This document shows positions 27,401 through 35,676 of a stretch of 35,676 nt of DNA, piece by piece. Positions within the stretch are counted from its first letter, which is position 1, and each line of letters begins with the position of its first letter. Origin of the DNA: Thermoplasmatota archaeon (GTDB taxonomy: Archaea; Thermoplasmatota; Penumbrarchaeia; Penumbrarchaeales; Penumbrarchaeaceae); contig CBDDUX010000048.1 in the NCBI GenBank assembly GCA_965234725.1, positions 1 through 35,676 on the forward strand. The letters run 5' to 3'. The notes below the pieces were generated by a model. It worked only from the letters and a program-made list of their open reading frames with translations, was not told the origin of the DNA and ran no database searches. Made by a program: the position numbers and the translations under genes.

Positions 27401-28471
27401 TATGAACCTGTGGTCCTGGAAGTTCAGGGTGATGTCCTGGTAAGCCCTTAGTGTTCCGTCACCGGTCCTTGTCATATTGAGGGACCAGCTTCCGGAATAA
27501 GCAGCATCTCTGGTCCTTTCCACCACCCCTCCCCTATCCTGGATCGTCCATGATGATGGTACACCACTGGAACCGGACTCAAATCCGGTGTTGGTCATCT
27601 GGGAGATGCCCCAGTCACCGTCGTTGGAGCCCCAGGAGAAATATGCCATGGTCTCGTTCCATCCGGTAACGAAAGTATTGTTATTATCCAGGTGAGTTTC
27701 CCAACCGTTGTCATCAAGCCATGTGTTGGCATTGTACATCCAGAGATTTCCTATGCCGTATCCTCCGGAACTGATACCCTTCCGGGGATCCATATCCAGG
27801 AGGGCCCTGCCCCTTGAGTTCAATGTATCCTCGGCAAGGTCCACCAACCTCATTGCTTCCTCTTTCGTGTAACCTGTCAATCTGGTAACGAGCCTGATAT
27901 CGAATTCATCTCGGGAGAAAGCAGTCATCTCTTCGGGGGGAACGTCTTGGAAGAAAGGATTCTCGAAGAAGTATGATGAATGGATCTGTCCCTCGTACTG
28001 GCCGTCAAGAAGCATCAGCTCCGAATCCACTGAGGCCATGTTCCAGTTCGATCCTGATACCCTCAAAGGTACGCCTTTTGTGGTCACCATATAATTGATC
28101 TTGTTCGTCAGTCCCCTTCTGGAAAGGTTCTCCTTGATCTGTCCTGCCATATCATCGAACTGGGCCCGATTGATTGTCTCCTGAGCAGGAGCGGAAATAT
28201 TGATGATATTCAATGGATCGATCCCTCTCTTCTCTGCAAAGTATGTGCCGATCTCCTTTGAGATCTCGGAGTTGTCATTCACTATCAGAGCTACATCCTC
28301 GTAGGTGACGATGCCCCCGTAAAGACCGATGGGTTCCACATCACTTCTTACGATATGATCCTCGATCTGAGGTTCGAAAATCGGTTCATTTCCATCTGAA
28401 AATGAGCCGAGAATGTTCACCGATCCCGTAATGAGGATAAGAATGGCCATCAATGGCCGGTTGATCTTCAT
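24491..28471 (-). CDS. TIGR03790-like secreted surface protein with CBM-like insert, CARDB-like and Ig-like domains, TM anchor and Pro-rich tail
   Basis: VALIVNDNSEISKEIGTYFAEKRGI, TTKGVPLR, ASVDSEL, NPFF, LVTRLTG, YFSWGSND, WIPGSIAETCVSTGGR and GQSLIADLIRDGVTGVKGYAWEPF...GFNLAES...VVGDP. CARDB-like LHNKG...ILEYDTRNN. TM segment followed by RRRR. Confidence 0.88.
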   Translation of the reverse strand: MKINRPLMAILILITGSVNILGSFSDGNEPIFEPQIEDHIVRSDVEPIGLYGGIVTYEDVALIVNDNSEISKEIGTYFAEKRGIDPLNIINISAPAQETINRAQFDDMAGQIKENLSRRGLTNKINYMVTTKGVPLRVSGSNWNMASVDSELMLLDGQYEGQIHSSYFFENPFFQDVPPEEMTAFSRDEFDIRLVTRLTGYTKEEAMRLVDLAEDTLNSRGRALLDMDPRKGISSGGYGIGNLWMYNANTWLDDNGWETHLDNNNTFVTGWNETMAYFSWGSNDGDWGISQMTNTGFESGSSGVPSSWTIQDRGGVVERTRDAAYSGSWSLNMTRTGDGTLRAYQDITLNFQDHRFIADGKLNAEGVTSPGARIILEGYDMGDSLVWGHELANRTGTFNWASYQDPLENDSSVVKIRFILELLGEGNVFFDSMNLRVIRPHNEWIPGSIAETCVSTGGRSQTYGTWYGQSLIADLIRDGVTGVKGYAWEPFLSAISHADILMPAYYSGFNLAESFWMGSELASWMGYVVGDPKCAPFLNERPDMGFIEGVEPVEPFVDEEGIPHLSIRLHNKGNNDVVDGKVELFIEGDSIWKDNVDIPAHGDLIINISSDDEPIAGNHEFSVVLNGDASILEYDTRNNLFVGNLTVNSIPDLNLDIERTSLRRTEVLNITATIKDEDRDISFDNLDLLVESPYGRKFVPDLITSDLGDQVVDYHISFTPPWNASLGFYSLRGTYTDPDGSFSTSILSSSFRVLNYGPSLLGKIGSLDVERGGTFMVNLTWDDPDTPDGDLEVTMHGSDALGGRLEPSGFTNISSHQGQFEFTIPADEGSGNWMLSAEVRDRDDAIATWSETIRTFNLPASMFLIYGGGMTITRLEDATFTIGYSDPEGLPSSSISVLVVGPTGSGGGTPILEKDIELGDGENHTIKVDGKGLAIGDYTLRVDYQDDEREGGTLTISPIFTVIPIAPEISIPVVTYGGSNGDPGGSYLRGDSISFYVPIEDKDGGTLPLDVEAYLIRPDGGSIDVFLEARGNNEYRTRISTDGSWGIGPYSLNVEVIDGDGQNATLFQEVLFVLDADLPLFDQGEVYVRLNSNFTCTTSIQSFPSSSRPVSVTLFLFDENGTEAASIDLLEEGGFGSWKGEGTVIAAPEAGSLWVMDDLGRNFWLNGTFDIEIEKEDKPIDTGGGDGGNDNSLVMAVIILSLIILLILISVMIFVLARRRRSSGMIPAPPMATPINGPPTQTGLSGYVPPSLPSMDHSRPDLGPRETPTLPPGSIMRDGGSYHRPMAGANDPGGVKAQNIDLNSQSSQPATEGTPAQVVTGNGPTP

Positions 28472-28541
28472 GGACAGACCTCGTTAGTCTTTAAGGATTT
28501 GAGGTCTATCGATATAAAACCATTGGCAGAAGGGTGACGCT

Positions 28542-29063
28542 TCATTTGATTGATGAGCAGATCCTGCCAATTTCTCGGAGCAGATCGCTTAGAGGCATTC
28601 CATGTTCCCATTCCATTACATAATTGCCTCCCGGTGTCTCCCTCAGGGATGGTATCTTCCTGTTCAGGATCCTTGAAAAATATCTCAAACCCCCGATCTC
28701 TATGGTGAAGACCATCCATGGGTCTCCCTTGTGACCTTTATATCTGAATGCATAAATGGGGAATGTATTGGACCTCCTGCATTCATCAAGGAACACTTCC
28801 AGTTGTTCCTTCAATCTGGGCTGGCTGAGGTACATCTTGGGGTGTTTTGATGATTTCACCTCGATGGGGAATGAAAGTTCTCCCCTCAAGGCTACAAGAT
28901 CAGTGCCGAAGGAACCAGCCCCTCTGATGACCATGAACGGATAGGTCTCCATTACCTCGTATCCTTCACATTGACGAGCATCGCAGGTCTTTTTCATCCT
29001 GGTGAGCTCGGCCATGTCTCCCCCTAGAAGCTTCTTGAGCTCCCTCTCGTAGTCCACGCCCAT
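28542..29063 (-). CDS. hjc: Archaeal Holliday junction resolvase
   Basis: MGVDYERELK, VIRGAGSFGTDLVA, IEVKSS (PD-(D/E)XK motif) and YAFR. I prefer ATG 29063 because a TTTTTAAA box lies about 25 nt upstream. Confidence 0.85.
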   Translation of the reverse strand: MGVDYERELKKLLGGDMAELTRMKKTCDARQCEGYEVMETYPFMVIRGAGSFGTDLVALRGELSFPIEVKSSKHPKMYLSQPRLKEQLEVFLDECRRSNTFPIYAFRYKGHKGDPWMVFTIEIGGLRYFSRILNRKIPSLRETPGGNYVMEWEHGMPLSDLLREIGRICSSIK

Positions 29064-29125
29064 TCTATTGCCATCCAATATCCCGGTTTAAAAAGGGAGC
29101 AGGGGGAGAGGAGGCCGAAGATATC

Positions 29126-30064
29126 TCAAACCTTCTCAAGCCAGGTGGGATTCTTGTCCACCATCTCTTTCAGACCTATCATCTGCCTCATAAGCTTGGC
29201 CGCCAGTCCTGGAGTGATATACCGTTCAACCTCTGGGGATACTTCCACCACATCCATGGCGATGGTGTTCCTTTTCAGTTCCTCAAGCAGTTCGAGGACA
29301 TCAAGCGATGTAAGTCCCCAGGGTTCTGGAGTACCCGTTCCAGGTGCATGGGCCGGATCTATACCATCTATATCGATCGAGAGGTAAACAGGCCTGTCCC
29401 TGAGGGATAGTGCTCCATCCCAGGATTCCACGACCCAGTGGATCCCTTCCTGCCTTACCTGCTTTGATGTTACATACCTTAGTCCCAATCGATCCGCATC
29501 AAGGACCTCTGACCTGCATCCTGACCTCACACCCACCACAACTACAGAGTCATTCCCCCACCGTTCGAGAAGCCTTCTTGTAACACAAGCATGTGAATGT
29601 GGATTATCGAGATAATCCTCTCTGAAATCCAGGTGTGCATCGACTATGACAACGATCCCGCCTTTCGAATGGTACAATTCCATGAATCCGTCGATCGCCC
29701 CTTCGGAAACCGAGTGTTCTCCTCCCATCATCAAAGGGAACTTGTTCTCTTCAAGGATGAAGGAGGAAACGGACCTCGTATCCGACATCATCTGTTTTTG
29801 TCCTTCCTCCGAATTATCAACGAGGAGGTCCCCTATGTCAACCATAGGTATATCCTCGAGGTCCACATCCAGGTCCATGAGGTATGTTTCAAAATTATAG
29901 GTCTCCTCCCTGATCGACTTTGGAGCCAATGCCGCTCCATGGGTATGAGAGACCGTTGCATCGTATGGGACGCCATAGACCACGTATTTGCCTGTCCTGA
30001 AATCATTATCGCAATCAGCGAACTTCTTTTCAGGTTGCTTTATTTCAAGGTCCCTGTCTGCCAT
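29126..30064 (-). CDS. speB: Agmatinase (ureohydrolase family)
   Basis: GVPYDAT, GGEHS, DAHLD, SHAC, SIDIDGIDPAHAPGTGTPEPWG and DVVEV. GGAGGG RBS before ATG 30064. Confidence 0.93.
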   Translation of the reverse strand: MADRDLEIKQPEKKFADCDNDFRTGKYVVYGVPYDATVSHTHGAALAPKSIREETYNFETYLMDLDVDLEDIPMVDIGDLLVDNSEEGQKQMMSDTRSVSSFILEENKFPLMMGGEHSVSEGAIDGFMELYHSKGGIVVIVDAHLDFREDYLDNPHSHACVTRRLLERWGNDSVVVVGVRSGCRSEVLDADRLGLRYVTSKQVRQEGIHWVVESWDGALSLRDRPVYLSIDIDGIDPAHAPGTGTPEPWGLTSLDVLELLEELKRNTIAMDVVEVSPEVERYITPGLAAKLMRQMIGLKEMVDKNPTWLEKV

Positions 30065-30081
30065 TGGGACCGTCCCTCCCA

Positions 30082-30468
30082 TCAGATCCTCGTGATCTGT
30101 CTTTTGCCCATGGCATCCTGGTAGGAGATCTCCTGACCTGCTTCGATCTTCCCCTTGAACTCTTCGGGTATATCGATGTTGAACATCTCGAAGGTCTCAA
30201 GGTCCATGAGCTGGACCTCGTCTCCCTGGATGGATACCACTTGAGCATTCTTCTTCTCTATCATGGGGACCTGGACCTTGTGGGTGACAGGAGCCACCAT
30301 GGACCTCTTGTTACCGGTGAAGATGCCGGTGGCAACGATCCTTGCTTTAGCTTCACCATGCTTCCCGGGTTTGGATGTGGTAAGTTCGATGATCTTGCAC
30401 GGCTCGTCATCGATAACGATGTATCTGTTGACCTTGAGCTCTCTCACCTGCTGCATGGTCCAGGACAT
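30082..30468 (-). CDS. eif5a: Translation factor aIF5A
   Basis: Hypusine loop [13 protein letters not shown], plus IDDEPC and [10 protein letters not shown]. Confidence 0.97.
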   Translation of the reverse strand: MSWTMQQVRELKVNRYIVIDDEPCKIIELTTSKPGKHGEAKARIVATGIFTGNKRSMVAPVTHKVQVPMIEKKNAQVVSIQGDEVQLMDLETFEMFNIDIPEEFKGKIEAGQEISYQDAMGKRQITRI

Positions 30469-30548
30469 TTTTCAACTCTCCATTGATTAGACTTCCCTTA
30501 AATGTAGGTCTATTATAAATATTTTGAATCAAGAAAAAGAAAAATAAT

Positions 30549-30567
30549 GGGAGGTCTAGGACCTCCC
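30549..30567 (-). terminator. Intrinsic-type terminator hairpin after the 30585-31214 gene
   Basis: Perfect 8-bp stem GGGAGGTC-TAG-GACCTCCC, followed on the minus strand by ATTATTTTTCTTTTTCTT. Confidence 0.75.
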
Positions 30568-30584
30568 TATTGAAAAATTCATTA

Positions 30585-31214
30585 TTAATTGAATAAATTA
30601 ATAATGAGCCTGACCACGAAATAGATGATCCACAAGAAGACTGACGCAACAGGGAGACCGATCCCAATCCACGCCTGTATCTTTTTTGAACCTGCTCCCA
30701 TGACCAACGCAATGATACCTAATGCGATGGCTACGAAAAAGGCAAGACCATTAAGGGAGAAGACGGGCCATAGAAGGCAAGCAAAACATCCCCCAAATGG
30801 AATGATGTTCAGGATTATTCCTACTATTGTGACAACAATGACAAAGATGCCAAGGAACATCGCAAAGGAAGCGAATTTCTCTCCCTTCCCTGAATCATCA
30901 TCGGATACCTTCAGTTTCTTCTTCTTATCCTTTTTCTTTGGTGCCTTCTTCTTTGTCTTCTTTTTTACTTCGGATTCCTCCTCATCGGACTCATCTTCGT
31001 CATCGGAATCTTCATCCGGTTCGGCTTCCTCTTCCTTTTCATCCTCGGTATCTTCATCGCCCTCTTCTTCATCTGAGGATTTCTCATCTTTCTCCTCATC
31101 GGGCTTATCGTCACTCTCTTCTTCCGGAGGAATTGGAGCTTCCTCGGGTTGGAGATCTTCATCCTCCACTTTCTTTTCTTCCTTCTTTTTCTTGGACCCT
31201 TTAGCTTTCACCAT
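30585..31214 (-). CDS. Membrane protein with a low-complexity Lys/Glu/Asp-rich N-terminus and about 3 C-terminal TM helices
   Basis: Basic, acidic and basic blocks, then hydrophobic segments including GGCFACLLW. Followed by a terminator hairpin. Confidence 0.78.
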   Translation of the reverse strand: MVKAKGSKKKKEEKKVEDEDLQPEEAPIPPEEESDDKPDEEKDEKSSDEEEGDEDTEDEKEEEAEPDEDSDDEDESDEEESEVKKKTKKKAPKKKDKKKKLKVSDDDSGKGEKFASFAMFLGIFVIVVTIVGIILNIIPFGGCFACLLWPVFSLNGLAFFVAIALGIIALVMGAGSKKIQAWIGIGLPVASVFLWIIYFVVRLIINLFN

Positions 31215-31310
31215 ATTTATGCCCCCACATAAGAATGATACACTTTCTATAAAGAGATGGAAAAGATATAAGGATTGCCTCGGTTGAGTAGATGGATCTC
31301 CCTTGATTCC

Positions 31311-32582
31311 TTATATTCCTGTTATAACCTCTTTTTCTTTACTTGGCTGGGCTTCATCCACCATCTCCTTGCCCCATTTCTCGATTACCCCAGCAAGCCT
31401 CTTGACCCCTATGAGGATCTTTTCATCGTCCGCATGGGTGAAGTTCAACCTCATGCAGTTGGTTCCGGTACCATCAGCAAAGAAGGCGCTTCCGATCACA
31501 TATGCAACGTTCTCTGCAATTGCATCATGGAACATATCGGTGGTATTGATATTCTCATGCAGGGTGGCCCAGAGGAACATTCCACCCTCAGGCACTGGCC
31601 ATCTGATATATTCCTTGGGCATCTCTTCGTTCATTGCCTTGGTCATGATCCTCTGCTTCCGACCATAGAGCTCGATGATCTTCTTCAGATGTTCATCAAT
31701 ATAACCCCTATTCAGATACTCCTTGGCAATGTGCTGTGTGAAGGGAGGAGTGCACAGGTCAACCGCCTGTTTGGCGACCACCATCTTCTCTATCACCGGT
31801 TTGGGTCCGTAGGTCCATGCGATCCTGAAACCCGGGACCAGGGTCTTGGAAAATGTTCCCAGATAGATCACTCTTCCCTCGTTGTCAAGTGATGCAAGGG
31901 GTGGAAGGGTATCTCCCTCATATCTCAGCTCACCGTAGGGATCGTCCTCTATGATCATGAAATCATATTCGTGGGAGAGGTCGATCAGCTTCCTTCTCCT
32001 GCTCTGGCTCATGCAAACACCTGCAGGATTGTGGAAGGTAGGGACAGTGTAGAGGAACTTCAGATGGATGGAATGCTTCTGGACGGTCTTCAGGTAGTCA
32101 TCCAGACGATCTACTATCATTCCATCATCATCAAGGGGGATCGAGATAATGCTTGGATCGTATACATTGAATGCGTTCAGGGCTCCCAGGTAAGTTGGTG
32201 CTTCCATTATTATCGATGAGGTAGAACCTATGAACACCCTCCCTAAAAGATCCAGCCCCTGCTGGGATCCCACTGTTATGAGTATGTTCTCATGGTCGGC
32301 ATCGATGTTCCATATCTTCTTCAGCCGTTTCCCTATTTCTTCCCTAAGGGCAGGGACACCTTCTGTCGAACCATACTGCATTATTGTTTCTGGCTGATCC
32401 CTAATGAGATCGTTGACGATCTCGTTGATCTTCTCCACCGGGAATGCAAGAGGGTTGGGGAGTCCGCCTGCGAAAGATATGATCTCAGGTTTCTGGGTAA
32501 GTTTTAAAAGCTCTCTGATAACGGATGCCTTCATCCTGTTGGCTCTGTGTGAAAAAAGACTTTCGTAAATTGGTGATACCAT
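31311..32582 (-). CDS. PLP-dependent class I aminotransferase (LysN/Aro8-like)
   Basis: SVIRELLK, ISFAGGLP, GSQQGLDL, PTFHNPAG, EDDPYGEL, PLP-Lys motif GTFSKTLVPGFRIAW, PEGGMFLW and MRLNF. The GGAGG RBS favours ATG 32582 over 32597. Confidence 0.94.
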   Translation of the reverse strand: MVSPIYESLFSHRANRMKASVIRELLKLTQKPEIISFAGGLPNPLAFPVEKINEIVNDLIRDQPETIMQYGSTEGVPALREEIGKRLKKIWNIDADHENILITVGSQQGLDLLGRVFIGSTSSIIMEAPTYLGALNAFNVYDPSIISIPLDDDGMIVDRLDDYLKTVQKHSIHLKFLYTVPTFHNPAGVCMSQSRRRKLIDLSHEYDFMIIEDDPYGELRYEGDTLPPLASLDNEGRVIYLGTFSKTLVPGFRIAWTYGPKPVIEKMVVAKQAVDLCTPPFTQHIAKEYLNRGYIDEHLKKIIELYGRKQRIMTKAMNEEMPKEYIRWPVPEGGMFLWATLHENINTTDMFHDAIAENVAYVIGSAFFADGTGTNCMRLNFTHADDEKILIGVKRLAGVIEKWGKEMVDEAQPSKEKEVITGI

Positions 32583-32762
32583 TTTATCTTCCTCCATTGA
32601 GTGGGATCAAGTTGATAGATAGGGGTATTCCGAATAACCCCATTAATATATCGGTCCATCCAGATAGATTTGGAGTACCCTTTATAAAGCCTAAATGCTT
32701 GAAATAGGTCTACCAACTGACGTTGAGGTGATGCTTTTAGAATACCATGAGAATGGAATTGG

Positions 32763-33251
32763 TCAAAGAGCCGCATTCCAGATCTCATCACCTACGTAGT
32801 GGAGTGTTTTGATGGCTTTTCCCGTATCCGATCTCACCATCTCCACCCCTCCCATCAATGCCCTTCCGACACAAAGGGGTCTTTTATGGTTTACATCCCT
32901 GACGTAGACCAGATCGTCCTTCTCGATGGTTGGATCCGCATCTACAATTCCGGGCGACATGACATCGGCACCGTTTGCCAGGAATCGGACAGCACCCATA
33001 TCCACCGTTACATGTTTTTTCGATGGAGAGAGGTCCATTATACCATGGAGGGTCAACAGGAGGCCACCTTCCTCCTCCACTCCAATTATCCTTCCTCCCA
33101 GCAGGTATGAGGCCCTGCCGCCAAGTGTACCTGTTTCCATGTCGGTCCCAGGATCCATGGTTATGCCCCATTCATCCTCCATCCAGGAAATTATCTTCTT
33201 GGCATCTTTGGACCTTAACTTGGTCCTTCGCTTGAGAACGAGGTCCTTCAT
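32763..33251 (-). CDS. PUA-domain RNA-binding protein (Tma20/MCT-1-like)
   Basis: VTVDMGAVRFLANGADVMSPGIVDAD and GKAIKTLHYVGDEIW. Confidence 0.92.
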   Translation of the reverse strand: MKDLVLKRRTKLRSKDAKKIISWMEDEWGITMDPGTDMETGTLGGRASYLLGGRIIGVEEEGGLLLTLHGIMDLSPSKKHVTVDMGAVRFLANGADVMSPGIVDADPTIEKDDLVYVRDVNHKRPLCVGRALMGGVEMVRSDTGKAIKTLHYVGDEIWNAAL

Positions 33252-33331
33252 GCAGACTTCCAGGGATTATGGGTATATCAGATTATCGAAGAAGGGACCC
33301 TAAAAGGTGTCATGATAATGGAGGAATTCTT

Positions 33332-35638
33332 CTATTCCTCATGCCGGATGCCATATGTTGCGTTTCCTCTATTTCCCGTTATGAAGTGAACGGATAACCC
33401 AATCACCACGAGAATTACCATAATAAGAGTGATTATCAAAGGGATCGATATGCCTGGCCCTTCTTCGGACTCCTTTTTCAGCGGTGTTTCGGAAAGGTCC
33501 AATTCCGTCTCTTCCATTGCTTTCACAGAGGAGGTACCTGATATTGGCACATATCCTTCCAAGGTGATCCTCCAATTGAAATTACCTTCGATGACATCGA
33601 TTGAGAATATTCCGTTGGGATCTGTTCCTGTCAGGTATGTCCTTCCATCGGATCCAGTGATCCATACGCCTGCGCCATATACGGGATAACCATTATCGTA
33701 GAGGACCGTTCCTGTTACTCTCCCGGTATCAACAACGTTTATTGTGATAACGTCTTGATCAATATTTCCAGCTCTATCCGTGACTATCAGAGTGATCTCA
33801 TAGACTCCAGCTTCCTCGAAGGTGTGGCTTGCTTTCTCTCCCCGAATATTCCGTTCCTCTCCCCTATAGGTAAAAAACCAGGAATGGTCCTGTATTAAAT
33901 CGTTGTCGGACGATAGAGAAGCATCCAGTATAACCTCGCTTCCAACGGGAACGTCCCGATCCTCTCCGGCTTCCGCCGTCGGCTTGGTTCCATCCCGGAC
34001 GGTAACGATCATCGTATCGATATTCCAGTTGTCCTCAGAATCAGTAACGGTCAGTTCAACAACGAATACTCCCGGGTCCTCGAAAATGTATGTGGGATCT
34101 TTTCCGTAAAGATAGATCAGATCCAATTCATTGAAGTTCCATGTCCAATTTGTTATAATTCCATTATCAGTGCTTGCTCTTCCGTCGAAGGTGACCTCCG
34201 TGTTATCCTTGACCATTTGATCCGGCCCAGCATCTGCAACAGGTGCTGTAATATCCAAAACGGTTATGGTCATTGTATCCGTGTCCCAGTTACCTTCTCC
34301 GTCAGTCATGTTGAGTGTCACAATGAATACTCCCGGATCATCAAATAGATATGTTGTTTCTGGTCCGATCAATGATATCGGCTTTCCCTCAAAGAAATTC
34401 CATGTCCATTCCGTGATCCGGACATTGTCGGAACTTGCCCCGCCGTCAAATACCACTTCTGTCCCTTCGTCCACTGTTTGATCAGGTCCAGCATCCGCAA
34501 AGGGAGATGTGATATCAAGAACGGTTACAACCATGGTATCCGAGTTCCGGTTGCCTCCCGTATCGGTTATGGTAAGTGTTACATCGAATACTCCCGGTTG
34601 GTCAAATATGTAAGTTGGTTTTGCTCCCTGTAATATCATTTCCAGTCCGTCGTTGTATTTCCATGTCCAGTTGACAATTTCACCATTGTCAGTGCTTCCG
34701 CTTCCGTCGAATGTCACTTCCGTGTCTTCATTCACAATCTGATCCGGTCCGGCATCAGCAAGTGGCGAGGTTATGTCTGATACGGTCACATTCATGGTAT
34801 CCTTGTCCCAGTACCCCGTCTCATCGGTTACGTTCAGTGTGACTGTGAAGATTCCGGGATTAAAGAATTGATATGTCGTTCTCTCACCATACAGGGAAAT
34901 TGGATATTTATCTGTGAAAGTCCAGGCCCACATGATGATCATGTCATTGTCCCTGCTGGCGTTTCCGTTCAGGGTGACTTCGGTTCCCTCGTTCACTGTT
35001 TGATCCGGTCCCGCATTGGCTTCGGGTGGAGAAAGATCCAGGACCGTGACGTTCATGGTATCGGTATGCCAATTCCCTCCGAAATCACTCACATTCAGTC
35101 TAACGTTGAATTCCCCCAGATTATCGAAGAGATAGGTAGGATTTGATCCGAAAAGAGTTACCTGGTTTTCGTAATCGGTCAAAGTCCATGTCCAGTTTTC
35201 AACTTCCAGGTCATCGGTACTTCCGCTTCCGTCAAATGTATGGAAAGTTCCCTTATCAACGATCTGATCGGGACCTGCATCCGCTTTCGGTGGATGGGTG
35301 TCCTGCCATCTCAGGAAAGGATAGGTGGTGTTTTCGATGATCGCCCAGATTCCCGTGAAATTCCATCCGGCTTCGATAAACGTGCTCCTTGTCTTCATCT
35401 CCCCGGTTGTACTTCCCGAACCTCCCGAGCTCGAATTCTGACCCGACGTTTCCTTGTCCCAGAAGCTGTTTGATACTGTTCCAGAATTATATCCCACAAG
35501 TCCGCCTAAATTCGAATGCCCGTTCACATTTCCAGATGAATAGCAGTAGGATAAAGTTATTCCATTCGATCCAATGAGTCCACCAACATATTCATTTCCA
35601 ATAACGTATCCATTTGCATAACTGGAAAGGTCCAACAC
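33332..35638 (-). CDS. 5'-truncated surface protein: GLUG-type repeats, six PKD domains, carboxypeptidase-regulatory-like domain, TM anchor
   Basis: YVGGLIGSN and NLGGLVGYN, SFWDKETSGQ, six A(D/N/E)AG(P/E)D(Q/R) units and GRVTGTVLYDNGYPVYGAGV. C-terminal TM. No signal peptide, and the ORF begins mid-repeat. Confidence 0.85.
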   Translation of the reverse strand: MLDLSSYANGYVIGNEYVGGLIGSNGITLSYCYSSGNVNGHSNLGGLVGYNSGTVSNSFWDKETSGQNSSSGGSGSTTGEMKTRSTFIEAGWNFTGIWAIIENTTYPFLRWQDTHPPKADAGPDQIVDKGTFHTFDGSGSTDDLEVENWTWTLTDYENQVTLFGSNPTYLFDNLGEFNVRLNVSDFGGNWHTDTMNVTVLDLSPPEANAGPDQTVNEGTEVTLNGNASRDNDMIIMWAWTFTDKYPISLYGERTTYQFFNPGIFTVTLNVTDETGYWDKDTMNVTVSDITSPLADAGPDQIVNEDTEVTFDGSGSTDNGEIVNWTWKYNDGLEMILQGAKPTYIFDQPGVFDVTLTITDTGGNRNSDTMVVTVLDITSPFADAGPDQTVDEGTEVVFDGGASSDNVRITEWTWNFFEGKPISLIGPETTYLFDDPGVFIVTLNMTDGEGNWDTDTMTITVLDITAPVADAGPDQMVKDNTEVTFDGRASTDNGIITNWTWNFNELDLIYLYGKDPTYIFEDPGVFVVELTVTDSEDNWNIDTMIVTVRDGTKPTAEAGEDRDVPVGSEVILDASLSSDNDLIQDHSWFFTYRGEERNIRGEKASHTFEEAGVYEITLIVTDRAGNIDQDVITINVVDTGRVTGTVLYDNGYPVYGAGVWITGSDGRTYLTGTDPNGIFSIDVIEGNFNWRITLEGYVPISGTSSVKAMEETELDLSETPLKKESEEGPGISIPLIITLIMVILVVIGLSVHFITGNRGNATYGIRHEE
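33730..35293 (-). repeat. Six tandem PKD coding repeats (about 88 aa each; boundaries approximate)
   Basis: Repeated ADAGPDQ.V.E...V.FDG..S.DN..I..WTW.F.....L.G....Y.F..PGVF.VTL.VTD..GN...DTM.VTV.D. Confidence 0.85.
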
Positions 35639-35676
35639 ATCGTTTACCCTAAAAGGCTCAACACATCGTTACCCTC
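35623..35676. mobile_element. Possible IS terminus with a tandem 26-bp subterminal repeat
   Basis: AAAGGTCCAACACATCGTTTACCCT (35626-35650) and AAAGGCTCAACACATCGTT-ACCCT (35652-35675). The repeat begins just after a TG, exactly where GLUG-repeat similarity stops. Confidence 0.35.

Noticed and set aside
30625-31287. 220-aa Ser/Phe-rich plus-strand ORF
   Set aside because: Reverse complement of the Glu/Lys-rich low-complexity gene.
32598-32762. Intergenic hairpin GGGGTATT...AATAACCCC and palindrome CTTTATAAAG as a possible sRNA
   Set aside because: No ordered C/D boxes or tRNA fold. More simply explained as promoter and UTR elements of the aminotransferase gene.
35626-35675. Terminal repeats as a CRISPR array
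   Set aside because: The two copies are essentially adjacent with no spacer, and there are no cas genes in the window.

Overview
This is a 35.7-kb archaeal genomic fragment, probably from an uncultured Thermoplasmatota-like lineage. That call is inferred from aIF5A, ArcS, Hjc, NOG1, a Tma20-like PUA protein, GGAGG/GGTGA ribosome-binding sites and TATA boxes. Both ends fall inside large surface-protein genes: two tandem SBBP beta-propeller proteins on the left and a GLUG/PKD protein on the right, which appears truncated at a repeat that may be an IS end. The most striking part is 9.4-16.6 kb. It holds a three-gene c-type cytochrome module: a stalked surface CxxCH protein whose start seems split by a T8 tract, a CxxCH protein fused to a four-His di-heme-b-like membrane domain, and a very small CcsA-type heme-attachment protein with no CcsB in the window. 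It also holds a 55-aa gene missing from the ORF track that resembles crenarchaeal chromatin protein CC1, and a feoB-membrane protein-feoC operon with DtxR-like boxes. Further right are an uncharacterised operon of two membrane coiled-coil proteins alternating with two zinc-finger proteins, a TIGR03790-like surface protein with an inserted CBM-like domain, and housekeeping genes. I found no rRNA, tRNA, CRISPR array or transposase gene. All family assignments come from motif recognition, not database searches.
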